In this document: piece by piece, positions 1 through 8,157 of the stretch | Layout: each line of letters opens with the position of its first letter | How positions within the stretch are numbered: the stretch's first letter is position 1 | Assembly (NCBI GenBank): GCA_934402395.1 | Contig: CAKRTQ010000006.1 | Span: 16,964-80,963, forward strand | Reading direction: 5' to 3' | DNA from: an uncultured Eubacteriales bacterium | GTDB taxonomy: Bacteria; Bacillota; Clostridia; Oscillospirales; CAG-272 | DNA length: 64,000 nucleotides | Program-made: the position numbers and the translations under genes | Notes under the pieces: generated by a model | Database searches by the model: none | What the model was told of the DNA's origin: nothing | The model's input: the letters and a program-made list of their open reading frames with translations, nothing else

Positions 1-226
1 GAACAGCAATGGCAAGGAATACCCATGCCACAGCAAATTCGGACTTAACAGCCATCAATACGGTGAGTCCTACAAACAAAACGATTGCGATAACGGCGAT
101 CACGAGAAACACCGGATGCAGCTTGACTACGTTTTCACCTGTCGGCTTGTCCCGTTTTTCCGCGATAAAGAAAATAACGATCACGGCAAAGTAAACAATT
201 ATTGAGGTAATGATTGTTTGTAACAT
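1..226 (-). CDS. small integral membrane protein, 5' part only (ORF runs off window start)
   Basis: My own translation of the minus strand from ATG 226-224 gives MLQTIITSIIVYFAVIVIFFIAEKRDKPTGENVVKLHPVFLVIAVIAIVLFVGLTVLMAVKSEFAVAWVFLAIAV... It has hydrophobic helices. An AAGAAGGA Shine-Dalgarno (complement of 232-239) lies 5 nt upstream. It is not in the track because no stop lies in the window. Track ORF 9..194(+) is its antisense shadow. Confidence 0.5.
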   Translation of the reverse strand, partial: MLQTIITSIIVYFAVIVIFFIAEKRDKPTGENVVKLHPVFLVIAVIAIVLFVGLTVLMAVKSEFAVAWVFLAIAV

Positions 227-275
227 CTGAGTCCTTCTTTCTGTGTTTTTAGTGTTTTCTGTGCCTGAGCTGCGC

Positions 276-593
276 CTAACACATGGGCATCAATATAAGC
301 TGCTTGGGGCTCAGCCCCCAAATGTTTATTTGTGATAAATTACTTTTTCCGCATACCTGCGAACCGCCGCAGCTGCCAAGCAGATATTTACACGCTTCGT
401 AATGTTCGCAGTCGGAGTCTTTGACAAAGCTGTACAAAAAAATATATCCGGCTTTTTTCGGAGGAACTTTTGCAAATTCAAACCAAAAAGAAAATCTGAT
501 CCTTTTCAGTCTGTATCCATGAGACTCCATATCGCTCAAAAATTTTTCTGCTTTTTCATATTGCCATTGATGATATAAAAATATTTTACGCAT
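276..593 (-). CDS. hypothetical protein, DUF2812-like N-terminal region (possibly truncated)
   Basis: Track ORF 276..644. The internal start MRKIFLYHQWQYEKAEKFLSDMESHGYRLKRI resembles the N-terminus of DUF2812 proteins. There is no C-terminal TM region and no adjacent PadR gene. Confidence 0.4.
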   Translation of the reverse strand: MRKIFLYHQWQYEKAEKFLSDMESHGYRLKRIRFSFWFEFAKVPPKKAGYIFLYSFVKDSDCEHYEACKYLLGSCGGSQVCGKSNLSQINIWGLSPKQLILMPMC

Positions 594-748
594 CGTTATC
601 TGTACCGGAAAGCAAACAGCGGTTCTGACTTCCCGATCCCCCATTTATATATAACAAACGAGCGGCAAAAAAATTTGCCGTCTGAAATATTTTTTTAAAG
701 ATACAAACGTTTTCCTCGCTTTATGTACTTCAAAAATACCGCTGCCCA

Positions 749-777
749 TTGACACCCAAACGTCCGGCAGGTATAAT
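749..777 (+). promoter_or_regulatory. sigma-A type promoter (TTGACA-17-TATAAT) for the acetyltransferase gene
   Basis: Perfect consensus hexamers: TTGACA at 749-754 and TATAAT at 772-777, with a 17-nt spacer. This implies the transcript starts near 784, so the track start at 780 is excluded and ATG 876 is favoured. Confidence 0.65.
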
Positions 778-875
778 ATATGCATACCATGCGCCAGGAC
801 AAGCGGGCGCAAAACAGTTGCAAATTTCATATTGAAAATAACTGCGCTTTTGAAATTCATAAAGGGAGCTTTGAA

Positions 876-1619
876 ATGAACTATATCAGGATCACAAAAG
901 ACAACATTGACCGGGAACACATCTGCTGCGCCATGTCCGGCAAGCAAAGCATCGCAAAAAAGGAATGGATGAAGCAGCGTTTTGACGAAGGTCTGGTGTT
1001 TTACCGCAGTGAGGAGCGCGGCAAATGCTTTATCGAGTACATTCCCGCAGAAAACGCATGGGTGCCGATAGAAGCCGACGGATACATATACATTGATTGC
1101 CTGTGGATCGCCGGATCCATGAAGGGACACGGCTATTCAAACGATCTGCTCGCGGAATGCATACGCGATGCATGTGCTCAGGGCAAAAAAGGCGTCTGCA
1201 TTCTTTCCGCCGACGGCAGAAAAAGAGAATTCATGTCCGATCCCAAGTATCTTGCTCACAAAGGATTCACCGTTGCAGACACCTCCGACTGCGGCATCAC
1301 CCTTATGTATCTGCCACTCGATCCCGGGTTGGAGCCGCCGCGGTTCAGGGAATGCGCCGGGCACCCCAAGGTAGCGGACGACGGCTTTGTTCTTTACTAC
1401 ACAGATCAGTGCCCATTTACCTTCTATTGGGTACCGAAGGTACAGGAAGCTGCCGCGGAACACGGGATCCCGCTTAAGGTGATACACATCACAAGCAAGG
1501 AGGACGCACAAAACGTTCCCGCCCCCGTTACGACCTACGCACTGTTCCGCGACGGTAAGTTTCTGACGCAGGGGATCCAGTCCGACAAAAAATTTCTTGC
1601 TCTCGCCGAAGCGAAATGA
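876..1619 (+). CDS. YoaP-like GNAT family N-acetyltransferase
   Basis: Track ORF 780..1619. The start is refined to ATG 876, with AAGGGAG 8 nt upstream. The N-terminus MNYIRITKDNIDREHICCAMSGKQSIAKKEWMKQRFDEGLVFYR and the C-terminal thioredoxin-like YoaP domain (YYTDQCPF) recall B. subtilis YoaP. Confidence 0.6.
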   Translation: MNYIRITKDNIDREHICCAMSGKQSIAKKEWMKQRFDEGLVFYRSEERGKCFIEYIPAENAWVPIEADGYIYIDCLWIAGSMKGHGYSNDLLAECIRDACAQGKKGVCILSADGRKREFMSDPKYLAHKGFTVADTSDCGITLMYLPLDPGLEPPRFRECAGHPKVADDGFVLYYTDQCPFTFYWVPKVQEAAAEHGIPLKVIHITSKEDAQNVPAPVTTYALFRDGKFLTQGIQSDKKFLALAEAK

Positions 1620-1724
1620 ACGGCGGAGACTTCTCGCGCCTGAAATATCTTGATATGCGGCTGCCTTTTTTCGGATGTTCCGGTCTGTTGCCTCCGGTAA
1701 ACGGCCGATGTTAATATGCGTTGC

Positions 1725-1753
1725 TTGCAGCAACGGTGCACTTATCGTATAAT
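1725..1753 (+). promoter_or_regulatory. sigma-A type promoter (TTGCAG-17-TATAAT)
   Basis: Hexamers at 1725-1730 and 1748-1753, 36 nt upstream of ATG 1789. Confidence 0.5.
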
Positions 1754-1788
1754 TATGCCGACAACTGAAAGAAAGGATACCATTTACG

Positions 1789-2301
1789 ATGCTGAATGAA
1801 AATATCAGAACGCTGAGAAAATCAAAAGGTCTTTCGCAGGAGGAGCTTGCGGTAAAGCTGAACGTCGTCCGCCAGACCGTTTCAAAATGGGAGCAGGGTT
1901 TGTCGGTCCCGGATGCCGATATGCTGATCGCCGTTTCGGAGGCGCTTGAAACGCCGGTCGGAACTCTGCTGGGTGAAAAGATCGTCAAACCGGAAGCCGA
2001 CGAGATAAAGGCGATCGCCGAAAAGCTGGAGGTAATAAATCTGCAGCTTGCGCAAAGAAAAGCCGCGCGGCGAAAAATTCTGCACCTGCTGTTCATTCTG
2101 ACAGGCATTGCCACGGCAGCCGTTTTTGCGGTGCTGGCGGCACTGAAAAGCCCCTATCTCGGGTGGGATGTCAACGATCCCGAAACCGCCGTTTTTTCTG
2201 CGGCATTCCATATGTTTGAATACCTTTTTGTCCGTGCCGCGCCATTGATACTTGCCGCATCGGCGGTCGGCGCGGTCATGACAAGGAAAAAGCCGCAATA
2301 A
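1789..2301 (+). CDS. XRE-family helix-turn-helix regulator with C-terminal transmembrane helices
   Basis: HTH_3 signature LRKSKGLSQEELAVKLNVVRQTVSKWEQG. The C-terminal half has two hydrophobic helices (ILHLLFILTGIATAAVFAVLAAL and RAAPLILAASAVGAVM). Confidence 0.8.
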   Translation: MLNENIRTLRKSKGLSQEELAVKLNVVRQTVSKWEQGLSVPDADMLIAVSEALETPVGTLLGEKIVKPEADEIKAIAEKLEVINLQLAQRKAARRKILHLLFILTGIATAAVFAVLAALKSPYLGWDVNDPETAVFSAAFHMFEYLFVRAAPLILAASAVGAVMTRKKPQ

Positions 2302-2340
2302 GCTCCGACACGCAGACACATCCGTATTCAAAAAAGAAGG

Positions 2341-2370
2341 TCCCGCAGCTATTGCGCTGCGGGATTTTTT
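2341..2370 (+). terminator. rho-independent terminator
   Basis: TCCCGCAGC-tattgc-GCTGCGGGA hairpin followed by T6, 40 nt after the XRE stop. Confidence 0.7.
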
Positions 2371-2433
2371 CTGCTATAATATAGGACGAGCCGCAGTCTC
2401 GCGGCACGACAGAAAGGACAGAACATTTTTATC

Positions 2434-3087
2434 ATGCAAAAGCCCAAAATAAACGCAAAAACCAAAAAGCTACTGCTCGGTATTGCCGCACTTGCGATAA
2501 TTGCCGTTATAGTTTTCTTCTTCCCCGATCTAATACCCACGGGAGATGAAATAACCGTCACCACACCCGAAAGCAGCAGTACCGTACATCCGTCGACCAC
2601 CGCCGACATTACGACGGTATCACCTAAAACCGACACCGCAGCACCCGAAACCACATCAAAGCCCGCGCCTGCGACCTCCGCAGATGTCAGAACGCAAGCC
2701 CCCGAAACAGACAAGGCTCCGGAAACAGACAAAAAGCTCGACCGCAACGGCACATACACATCACGCGACGATGTTGCCCTCTACATACACCAATACGGCA
2801 AGCTCCCCTCCAACTTCATCACCAAAGCCGAGGCGCAGAAGCTCGGCTGGTCGGGCGGCGGTCTTGAAAAATACGCTCCCGGAAAGAGCATCGGCGGCGA
2901 CCGCTTCGGAAACTACGAAGGCAAGCTGCCCAAAAAGACCGGACGCACCTACACCGAATGTGACATTGACACTCTCGGCGCATCCTCACGCGGTGCAAAG
3001 CGCATAGTATTTTCAAATGACGGACTGGTCTACTACACAGACGATCATTACAACACCTTTACCCTGCTCTACGGCAAGTTGAGCTGA
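2434..3087 (+). CDS. membrane-anchored barnase-family ribonuclease (N-terminal TM helix, T/P/S/A-rich linker, C-terminal RNase domain)
   Basis: The C-terminal ~110 aa align by eye to barnase: YGKLPSNFITKAEAQKLGW...GKSIGGDRFGNYEGKLPKKTGRTYTECDID...SSRGAKRIVFSNDGLVYYTDDHYNTFTLLY. The catalytic Lys, Glu, Arg, Arg and His equivalents are all present. Confidence 0.85.
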   Translation: MQKPKINAKTKKLLLGIAALAIIAVIVFFFPDLIPTGDEITVTTPESSSTVHPSTTADITTVSPKTDTAAPETTSKPAPATSADVRTQAPETDKAPETDKKLDRNGTYTSRDDVALYIHQYGKLPSNFITKAEAQKLGWSGGGLEKYAPGKSIGGDRFGNYEGKLPKKTGRTYTECDIDTLGASSRGAKRIVFSNDGLVYYTDDHYNTFTLLYGKLS

Positions 3088-3181
3088 GGTGCCGTCCGCG
3101 ACAAACCGCCATAAAAGCCCGGGCGACGTTTAAAAGATCAACCGATTTTTCAAACGCCGCCCTCTTTTATGCTTTTTTTAC

Positions 3182-3210
3182 TTGACAAAACGACAAAAAA
3201 GTGATATATT
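3182..3210 (+). promoter_or_regulatory. sigma-A type promoter (TTGACA-17-TATATT, TG-extended)
   Basis: TTGACA at 3182-3187, a 17-nt spacer ending in TGA, and TATATT at 3205-3210. This places the TSS near 3217 and excludes the track GTG start at 3201. Confidence 0.6.
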
Positions 3211-3257
3211 ATGTCTTTGTTGATTTCATTCACCGAAAGGATCATATCAGGTCTGTC

Positions 3258-4532
3258 ATGACTACTCTTTTAAGCATTGCAATAGCACTTATAGCCGGAC
3301 TTCTCATGTCCCGCGCAGCCAAACCGCTGAAGCTGCCGGCGGTAACGGCATATCTTGTCGCCGGTATACTTATCGGTCCCTACTGCCTCGGCAGGCTCGG
3401 CATCGAAGGCATCGGCTTTACATCGACCTCCGCCGTCACCGCGCTCGGACTCATAAGCGATGTCGCGCTCGGCTTCATTGCCTTTTCAATAGGAAACGAA
3501 TTCCGCCTCAAGGAACTTGAACACATCGGCAAGCAGGCGTTGGTGATAGGCATTCTTCAGGCTCTTGGCGCCACCGCATTTGTTGACGTCACCCTGCTCG
3601 TCATGCACATTTTCCTCAAGGAAAAACTCCCCGTATCCACCTGCATCACCCTCGGCGCGATCGCAACGGCGACAGCCCCCGCCGCGACCCTCATGGTCGT
3701 GCGTCAGTATAAGGCGCGCGGTAAACTCACCGACCTGCTTCTGCCGATAGTAGCACTTGACGATGCCGTAGGTCTTGTGGTTTTTGCGGTATCTTTCGGA
3801 ATTGCCAAAGCCATGCACGTGGGCAGCTTCGATATTGTCTCCATAATCGTAAATCCGCTCGTTGAAATCCTGCTTTCTCTGGTGCTCGGATTTGTGATCG
3901 GCTGTCTCTTTTCTCTCTTCGAACGCTTTTTCCACTCAAAAAGCAAGCGTCTTTCGCTTGCCGTGACCGTTGTCATTCTCTCGGTCGCTCTCTCAAAGCT
4001 TGAATTCAACATAGGCAAAGTCCATGTCGGATTCTCCAGCCTGCTCGTATGCATGATGGTCGCCACGGTATTCTGCAACATCTGCGACTTTTCCGAGGAG
4101 ATCATGGAACGCGCAGACGCGTGGACCGGTCCTCTGTTCATTCTGTTTTTCGTACTCAGCGGTGCGGAGCTTGAGCTCAACGTATTCTCCGACCTTGCAA
4201 TCGTCGGTATCGGTGCGGCGTACATCATATCCCGTTCTGCCGGCAAGATGCTCGGCGCGAAATGGAGCAGCGAGCTTATGAAGTGCGACAAGAGCATAGT
4301 AAACAACCTCGGCTTAACACTTCTCCCACAGGCCGGCGTGGCACTCGGTATGTCTGTGACTGTCGGTGTTCTCGGGGACGAGGGCGCAATAATACGCAAC
4401 ATTGTGCTTTTCGGCGTTCTTATATATGAGCTTGTCGGTCCGATGCTCACAAAGATGGCTCTGACGCGTGCCGGAGACATTGTAAACGAGCCTACCGATT
4501 CCCGCAGGCTCAATACCGGCAAAAAAAGATAA
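3258..4532 (+). CDS. cation:proton antiporter (CPA2 / Na+/H+ exchanger family)
   Basis: Track ORF 3201..4532, refined to ATG 3258 (MTTLLSIAIALIAGLLMSRAAKPLKLPAVTAYLVAGILIGPYCLGRLG). It is polytopic throughout, and the N-terminal motif is typical of Kef/NapA-type exchangers. Confidence 0.85.
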   Translation: MTTLLSIAIALIAGLLMSRAAKPLKLPAVTAYLVAGILIGPYCLGRLGIEGIGFTSTSAVTALGLISDVALGFIAFSIGNEFRLKELEHIGKQALVIGILQALGATAFVDVTLLVMHIFLKEKLPVSTCITLGAIATATAPAATLMVVRQYKARGKLTDLLLPIVALDDAVGLVVFAVSFGIAKAMHVGSFDIVSIIVNPLVEILLSLVLGFVIGCLFSLFERFFHSKSKRLSLAVTVVILSVALSKLEFNIGKVHVGFSSLLVCMMVATVFCNICDFSEEIMERADAWTGPLFILFFVLSGAELELNVFSDLAIVGIGAAYIISRSAGKMLGAKWSSELMKCDKSIVNNLGLTLLPQAGVALGMSVTVGVLGDEGAIIRNIVLFGVLIYELVGPMLTKMALTRAGDIVNEPTDSRRLNTGKKR

Positions 4533-4540
4533 ATAAAATC

Positions 4541-4572
4541 GGTGGCTGTCGCGTTATTTCGCGACAGCCACC
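4541..4572. terminator. hairpin terminator between convergent antiporter and recR operon
   Basis: GGTGGCTGTCGCG-ttattt-CGCGACAGCCACC, a 13-bp stem starting 9 nt after the antiporter stop. The U-tract is weak. Confidence 0.5.
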
Positions 4573-4756
4573 TCTGTAATTATTACACTATTGCCGTGTC
4601 CGCGTATGATGTCCGGCATATCATAAGCCGGGAGCCCGATGCCCGTAAACACATCCATATTGTTGACCGCTTTATGCCCGGATAGCACAAAGCGGATATT
4701 CTTCCTTTCTCAGAAAAACATAAACTTCGTCTTTGTTTATTTCGTCTTCGGAGAAT

Positions 4757-5356
4757 TCAGAATTCCCTTCTGCCTTCAAGCGCGCGGGAAAGCGTGACCT
4801 CATCGGCATATTCCAGCTCGCCGCCAACGGGGATACCGTAGGCAAGGCGGGTCGTTTTTATTCCGGTGGGCTTTATGAGCCTTGCAATATACATTGCCGT
4901 CGCCTCGCCCTCAACGGTCGGGTTAGTGGCAATGATTATTTCGTTTATATCGTTGGTTCCGATACGCTCCATAAGCTCGCGCAGGCGCAGCTTGTCCGGC
5001 GTTACTCCGTTTACCGGAGAAAGTGCGCCGTGCAGCACATGATATGTTCCGCGGTATTCGCGCACACGCTCCATCGACATGACAGCCTTGGTATCCTGAA
5101 CGACGCATATCGTGCTGTGATCCCGCTCGGGGTCGGCGCATATCGGGCAAATGTCAAGATCGGTAAGATTCTGACATATGGGGCAAAGATGTATCTTTTC
5201 CTTAGCCTCTATTATTGCGCGTGCAAAATTCTCCGCCTCTTCACGGCTCATGTCGATAACGGAAAAAGCAAGACGCGTTGCCGTTCTTTTTCCGACTCCC
5301 GCCAGCCTGCCGAATTGCTCGGCGAGCACTTCAAGAGACGCAATATAGTCAGCCAT
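4757..5356 (-). CDS. recR: recombination protein RecR
   Basis: Full-length match to the RecR architecture: HhH (GVGKRTATRLAF), C4 zinc finger (CPICQNLTDLDICPIC) and Toprim (IIIATNPTVEGEATAMYI). Confidence 0.97.
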   Translation of the reverse strand: MADYIASLEVLAEQFGRLAGVGKRTATRLAFSVIDMSREEAENFARAIIEAKEKIHLCPICQNLTDLDICPICADPERDHSTICVVQDTKAVMSMERVREYRGTYHVLHGALSPVNGVTPDKLRLRELMERIGTNDINEIIIATNPTVEGEATAMYIARLIKPTGIKTTRLAYGIPVGGELEYADEVTLSRALEGRREF

Positions 5357-5358
5357 TA

Positions 5359-5721
5359 TTAAAATCCGAAGCCGCCGGCACTCGGAAGTCCCGATTTTGC
5401 GGTAAGTGCCTGGGTCTCCTCATCGTAAACAGTTTCGACCTTTCTTATTGCCTCGTTGACAGCGGCAATAAGTATGTCGGACAGCGTTTCGGTATCATCG
5501 GGATCGACCACCTCGGGCGCCATTTCGATAGAAACAAGTTCTTTTTTTCCGTTCATTTTGACCTTTACGGCTCCGCCGCCCGCCGATATCTCGTACTCAC
5601 GCGCTTCAAGATCTTCGGTAAGTGCAGCCATGTCATTCTGGAATTTCTCGTACTGGCGCATAAGCGTGTTCATGTTTGCGGGACCTCCCCCGCCTATTCC
5701 CTTGGGTATTCTTGCTTTCAT
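5359..5721 (-). CDS. ybaB: YbaB/EbfC family nucleoid-associated protein
   Basis: 120 aa with NMNTLMRQYEKFQNDMAALTEDLEAREYEISAGGGAVKVKMNGKKELVSIEM. It sits in the conserved position between dnaX and recR. Confidence 0.9.
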   Translation of the reverse strand: MKARIPKGIGGGGPANMNTLMRQYEKFQNDMAALTEDLEAREYEISAGGGAVKVKMNGKKELVSIEMAPEVVDPDDTETLSDILIAAVNEAIRKVETVYDEETQALTAKSGLPSAGGFGF

Positions 5722-5741
5722 TTTTCTGTCCTCTCCTTGAA

Positions 5742-6137
5742 TCAGGGTAGTTTTCTGCCGCAGTTATTGCAGAATGCAAAGCCATCGCCGACCTCGGCTC
5801 CGCAATACGGGCAAAATTTATTTTTTGAATTTTTATTTTCTTTTTTATCCTCTGAGCGCGCCGCGCGCGGTGCGCCGAACCGCTCGTTGAGCGGATCAGG
5901 TTCCTCATCGCCGTCCGTTATGTCAAATTGAGAGTAACGGTTTTTCCCTGTTGCATTTTTAAAGTTGTATATCGCCGATACAACGGCAACTCCGACAAAC
6001 ACCAGTCCGAACATTGAAAAGAGACCGCCGCCCATGGAGAAGGCAAATGCGGTCCAGCCTATGCCGAACAACGCCATAAAAATACACACAACGCCGCCCA
6101 TCAAGGACGGTCCGCGTCCCGGTTTTATGCTCTTCAT
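5742..6137 (-). CDS. small membrane protein with C-terminal zinc-ribbon
   Basis: Two hydrophobic helices in the N-terminal half, an acidic/basic linker, then CPYCGAEVGDGFAFCNNCG (CxxC-N10-CxxC). Confidence 0.65.
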   Translation of the reverse strand: MKSIKPGRGPSLMGGVVCIFMALFGIGWTAFAFSMGGGLFSMFGLVFVGVAVVSAIYNFKNATGKNRYSQFDITDGDEEPDPLNERFGAPRAARSEDKKENKNSKNKFCPYCGAEVGDGFAFCNNCGRKLP

Positions 6138-6154
6138 ACTCCTGTCCTTTCTTG

Positions 6155-7798
6155 TCAGCCCGCACCGCCGTCGGCAAGAGAGCTGAGTTCGCTGTCAAGC
6201 AGTGCAGCCGCATCCGGGTCATCGGATGCCGGAAGCACCTCGACCTTCACCGAATTCGGAACGATACGCCGCTCAAGCACAGCCGATGCCGCTGCAGCGA
6301 TCGTGCCGAGGCTTTTATCGCGTGACAGCAGGTTTTTGCTGAATTCTGTCTCGCAGCAGATCACTATCCCGCCGTTGTCGCCTTCGTATGCACGGCACTT
6401 CCGAACAAACCCGCCGAGTCCACGGTCATTTTCGGCGACCCGCTCGGCTATTTCGGCAAAATTGCGTATCGGCTTGCGCACGGGCGCAGTTTCTTCTTCT
6501 TTTTTCTTTGCTGTGTCAGGCACCGCCGGTTCTTTTTGCGGCTCGGGATATACGACCATCTGCGGCGGTGCCGCAGGTGCGCTTCCCAACGTGACCTCGG
6601 GGTCGGCAGCAGGGCGCGATTCATCAAACGACGGCAGTGTGACCGCCACGCCGCCCGCCAGTGCGCCCTCAAGTGCTGCAATACGCGAGAGCAACGCCTC
6701 CGGGCGCGTATCCAGCCGTTCGTCAGCCATACGCAGAAGAGTCATTTCAGCCACCGAGCGGCGGATCGCTCCTGCGCGCTGCATTGCAAGGTATGCCTCA
6801 TCAAGCAGCCGGCTGTGATACATCAGCGTCTCGCGCGGAAACAACGCGGCATCATGGCGCAGGCTTTCAGCCTCCGCCTCGGTAAGATCAAGATACTTTA
6901 CCGCATCGGCTCCCGTTTTTACAACAAGCATATCACGGTAGTAAGAAATAAGCTCGCCCCAGAAGACCGTTATATCCTTGGCAGATGAATCGGTTTCAAA
7001 AACGATATCGAAAAGTGTTGCAGCATCGCGCGCAGCCAGTGCACGGACGGTGCGCGATACGCTTTCGCGTCCCGTTGACCCTACGGCATCATTGACCACA
7101 GCGGGAGTGATGCGCTCGCGCCCGCCCGCACAAAGCTCAAGCAGACTTATGGCATCTCTCATGCCGCCCTGCGCCAGACGCGCCAATATCAGTGCGGCGT
7201 CACGGTCAAGTTCAATCCCCTCGTGCTCTGCAATATATTCAAGCCGCGCGGCAAGCACGGGGACCGGTATGCGCCTGAAGTCAAACCGCTGACAGCGCGA
7301 AATTATCGTTGCGGGCAGCTTCTGAAGCTCGGTCGTTGCAAGTATGAATATTACGTGCGCCGGCGGCTCCTCAAGCGTTTTCAGAAGTGCGTTGAACGCG
7401 CTCTGCGACAGCATATGGACCTCGTCTATGATGTAAACACGGTAGCGGAGGCTTGACGGAGTGTACACCACCTCGTCAAGTATCGCGCGGATATCGTCTA
7501 CCTTGTTGTTGGACGCGGCGTCCATTTCAAGGATATCGGTCTCGCCGCCCGAGTCCATCATACGGCACGCCGCGCATTTGCCGCATGGGCTGCCGTCCAC
7601 AGGGGACTCACAGTTGACGGCGCGCGCAAGGATCTTTGCCGAGCTCGTCTTTCCGGTCCCGCGCGAGCCGCAGAAAAGATAGGCGTGGCTTATCTGCCCG
7701 TGCGCCGTCTCGTATTTGAGCACGCGCGTTATATGCTCCTGACCGCACACATCATCAAATGTGCGCGGGCGGTATTTACGGTAAAGTGCCTGATGCAT
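6155..7798 (-). CDS. dnaX: DNA polymerase III subunit gamma/tau
   Basis: MHQALYRKYRPRTFDDVCGQEHI..., Walker A GSRGTGKTS, a zinc module (CESPVDGSPCGKCAACR) and SRCQRFDF. Confidence 0.97.
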   Translation of the reverse strand: MHQALYRKYRPRTFDDVCGQEHITRVLKYETAHGQISHAYLFCGSRGTGKTSSAKILARAVNCESPVDGSPCGKCAACRMMDSGGETDILEMDAASNNKVDDIRAILDEVVYTPSSLRYRVYIIDEVHMLSQSAFNALLKTLEEPPAHVIFILATTELQKLPATIISRCQRFDFRRIPVPVLAARLEYIAEHEGIELDRDAALILARLAQGGMRDAISLLELCAGGRERITPAVVNDAVGSTGRESVSRTVRALAARDAATLFDIVFETDSSAKDITVFWGELISYYRDMLVVKTGADAVKYLDLTEAEAESLRHDAALFPRETLMYHSRLLDEAYLAMQRAGAIRRSVAEMTLLRMADERLDTRPEALLSRIAALEGALAGGVAVTLPSFDESRPAADPEVTLGSAPAAPPQMVVYPEPQKEPAVPDTAKKKEEETAPVRKPIRNFAEIAERVAENDRGLGGFVRKCRAYEGDNGGIVICCETEFSKNLLSRDKSLGTIAAAASAVLERRIVPNSVKVEVLPASDDPDAAALLDSELSSLADGGAG

Positions 7799-7845
7799 TC
7801 CTCACGCCCCCATATAAAAATTTACAGAAATCGGCTGCAAAATAA

Positions 7846-8115
7846 GACCATACACCCCAAAGTCGAACATCGCCGCCGCGCGTTACTCGACATTCATGCT
7901 CAGAGCAGGCTCCCCCGCGGCACATCCGGTATACTGCTTAATGCTGCTTGGTTCCCCACCTGACATGGTTCACAGCTCCGAATTGCGCAGGACCCACTCC
8001 TCAACACACAAACACCGTCTCAGACCGCGTCGGTTCAGCCCTCGTTCGGGGAATGCACCCCCGCTTCAGCGGATTTCGGGTACAGGGCACCGCTAACTCC
8101 CCGGCTGGTATGGCC
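7846..8115 (-). ncRNA. ffs: signal recognition particle RNA, long Bacillus/Clostridium type (~270 nt, with Alu domain)
   Basis: The minus strand reads ...GGGGAGTTAGCGGTGCCCTGTACC... (5' Alu-domain motif) and ...GAACCATGTCAGGTGGGGAACCAAGCAGCATTAAG... (domain IV/helix 8). The 5' GGCCATAC pairs with the 3' GTATGGTC. It occupies the conserved position just upstream of dnaX, as in B. subtilis scr. Confidence 0.85.
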
Positions 8116-8157
8116 TTATTTCACAGCCGAAGCCTGAAACAAGTTTTCACACTATAT

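Noticed and set aside
1137-2114. Long antisense or overlapping ORFs in the track. Examples: 1137..2114(-), 3704..4522(-), 8557..9633(-), 14874..15824(+), 17096..17863(-), 24005..24940(+), 34343..35488(+), 39482..40429(+), 44973..45629(+), 48611..49543(+) and 58396..59148(+).
   Set aside because: - Each lies opposite or out of frame to a gene with clear family motifs.
- Their products are low-complexity, Arg/Ser/Pro/Ala-rich shadow translations typical of G+C-rich DNA.
- None has a convincing SD or start context.
3088-3200. Search for a barstar-like immunity ORF next to the barnase homolog, including the antisense ORFs 2349..2759 and 2819..3016.
   Set aside because: - The gap is non-coding and holds a promoter for the antiporter.
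- The antisense ORFs are low-complexity shadows with no resemblance to barstar.
- ORFs under 60 aa were checked only by eye.
4573-4756. A 43-codon minus-strand ORF downstream of recR (GTG...MLSGHKAVNNMDVFTGIGLPAYDMPDIIRGHGNSVIITEVAVAK), possibly a small gene or a gene remnant.
   Set aside because: - It is below any reasonable confidence threshold.
- I recognised no family.
- Its 3' end runs into the terminator hairpin.
- It could only be assessed by conservation analysis.
6480-6520. Possible dnaX programmed -1 frameshift site (GCA AAG AAA AAA GAA in the linker, at about codon 430, reminiscent of the E. coli tau/gamma site).
   Set aside because: - The A-run is in the wrong phase for an A_AAA_AAG heptamer.
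- I could not see a downstream stem-loop or an upstream SD-like stimulator.
- The -1 frame runs about 17 codons before a stop.
- Firmicute dnaX genes are not known to use this mechanism.
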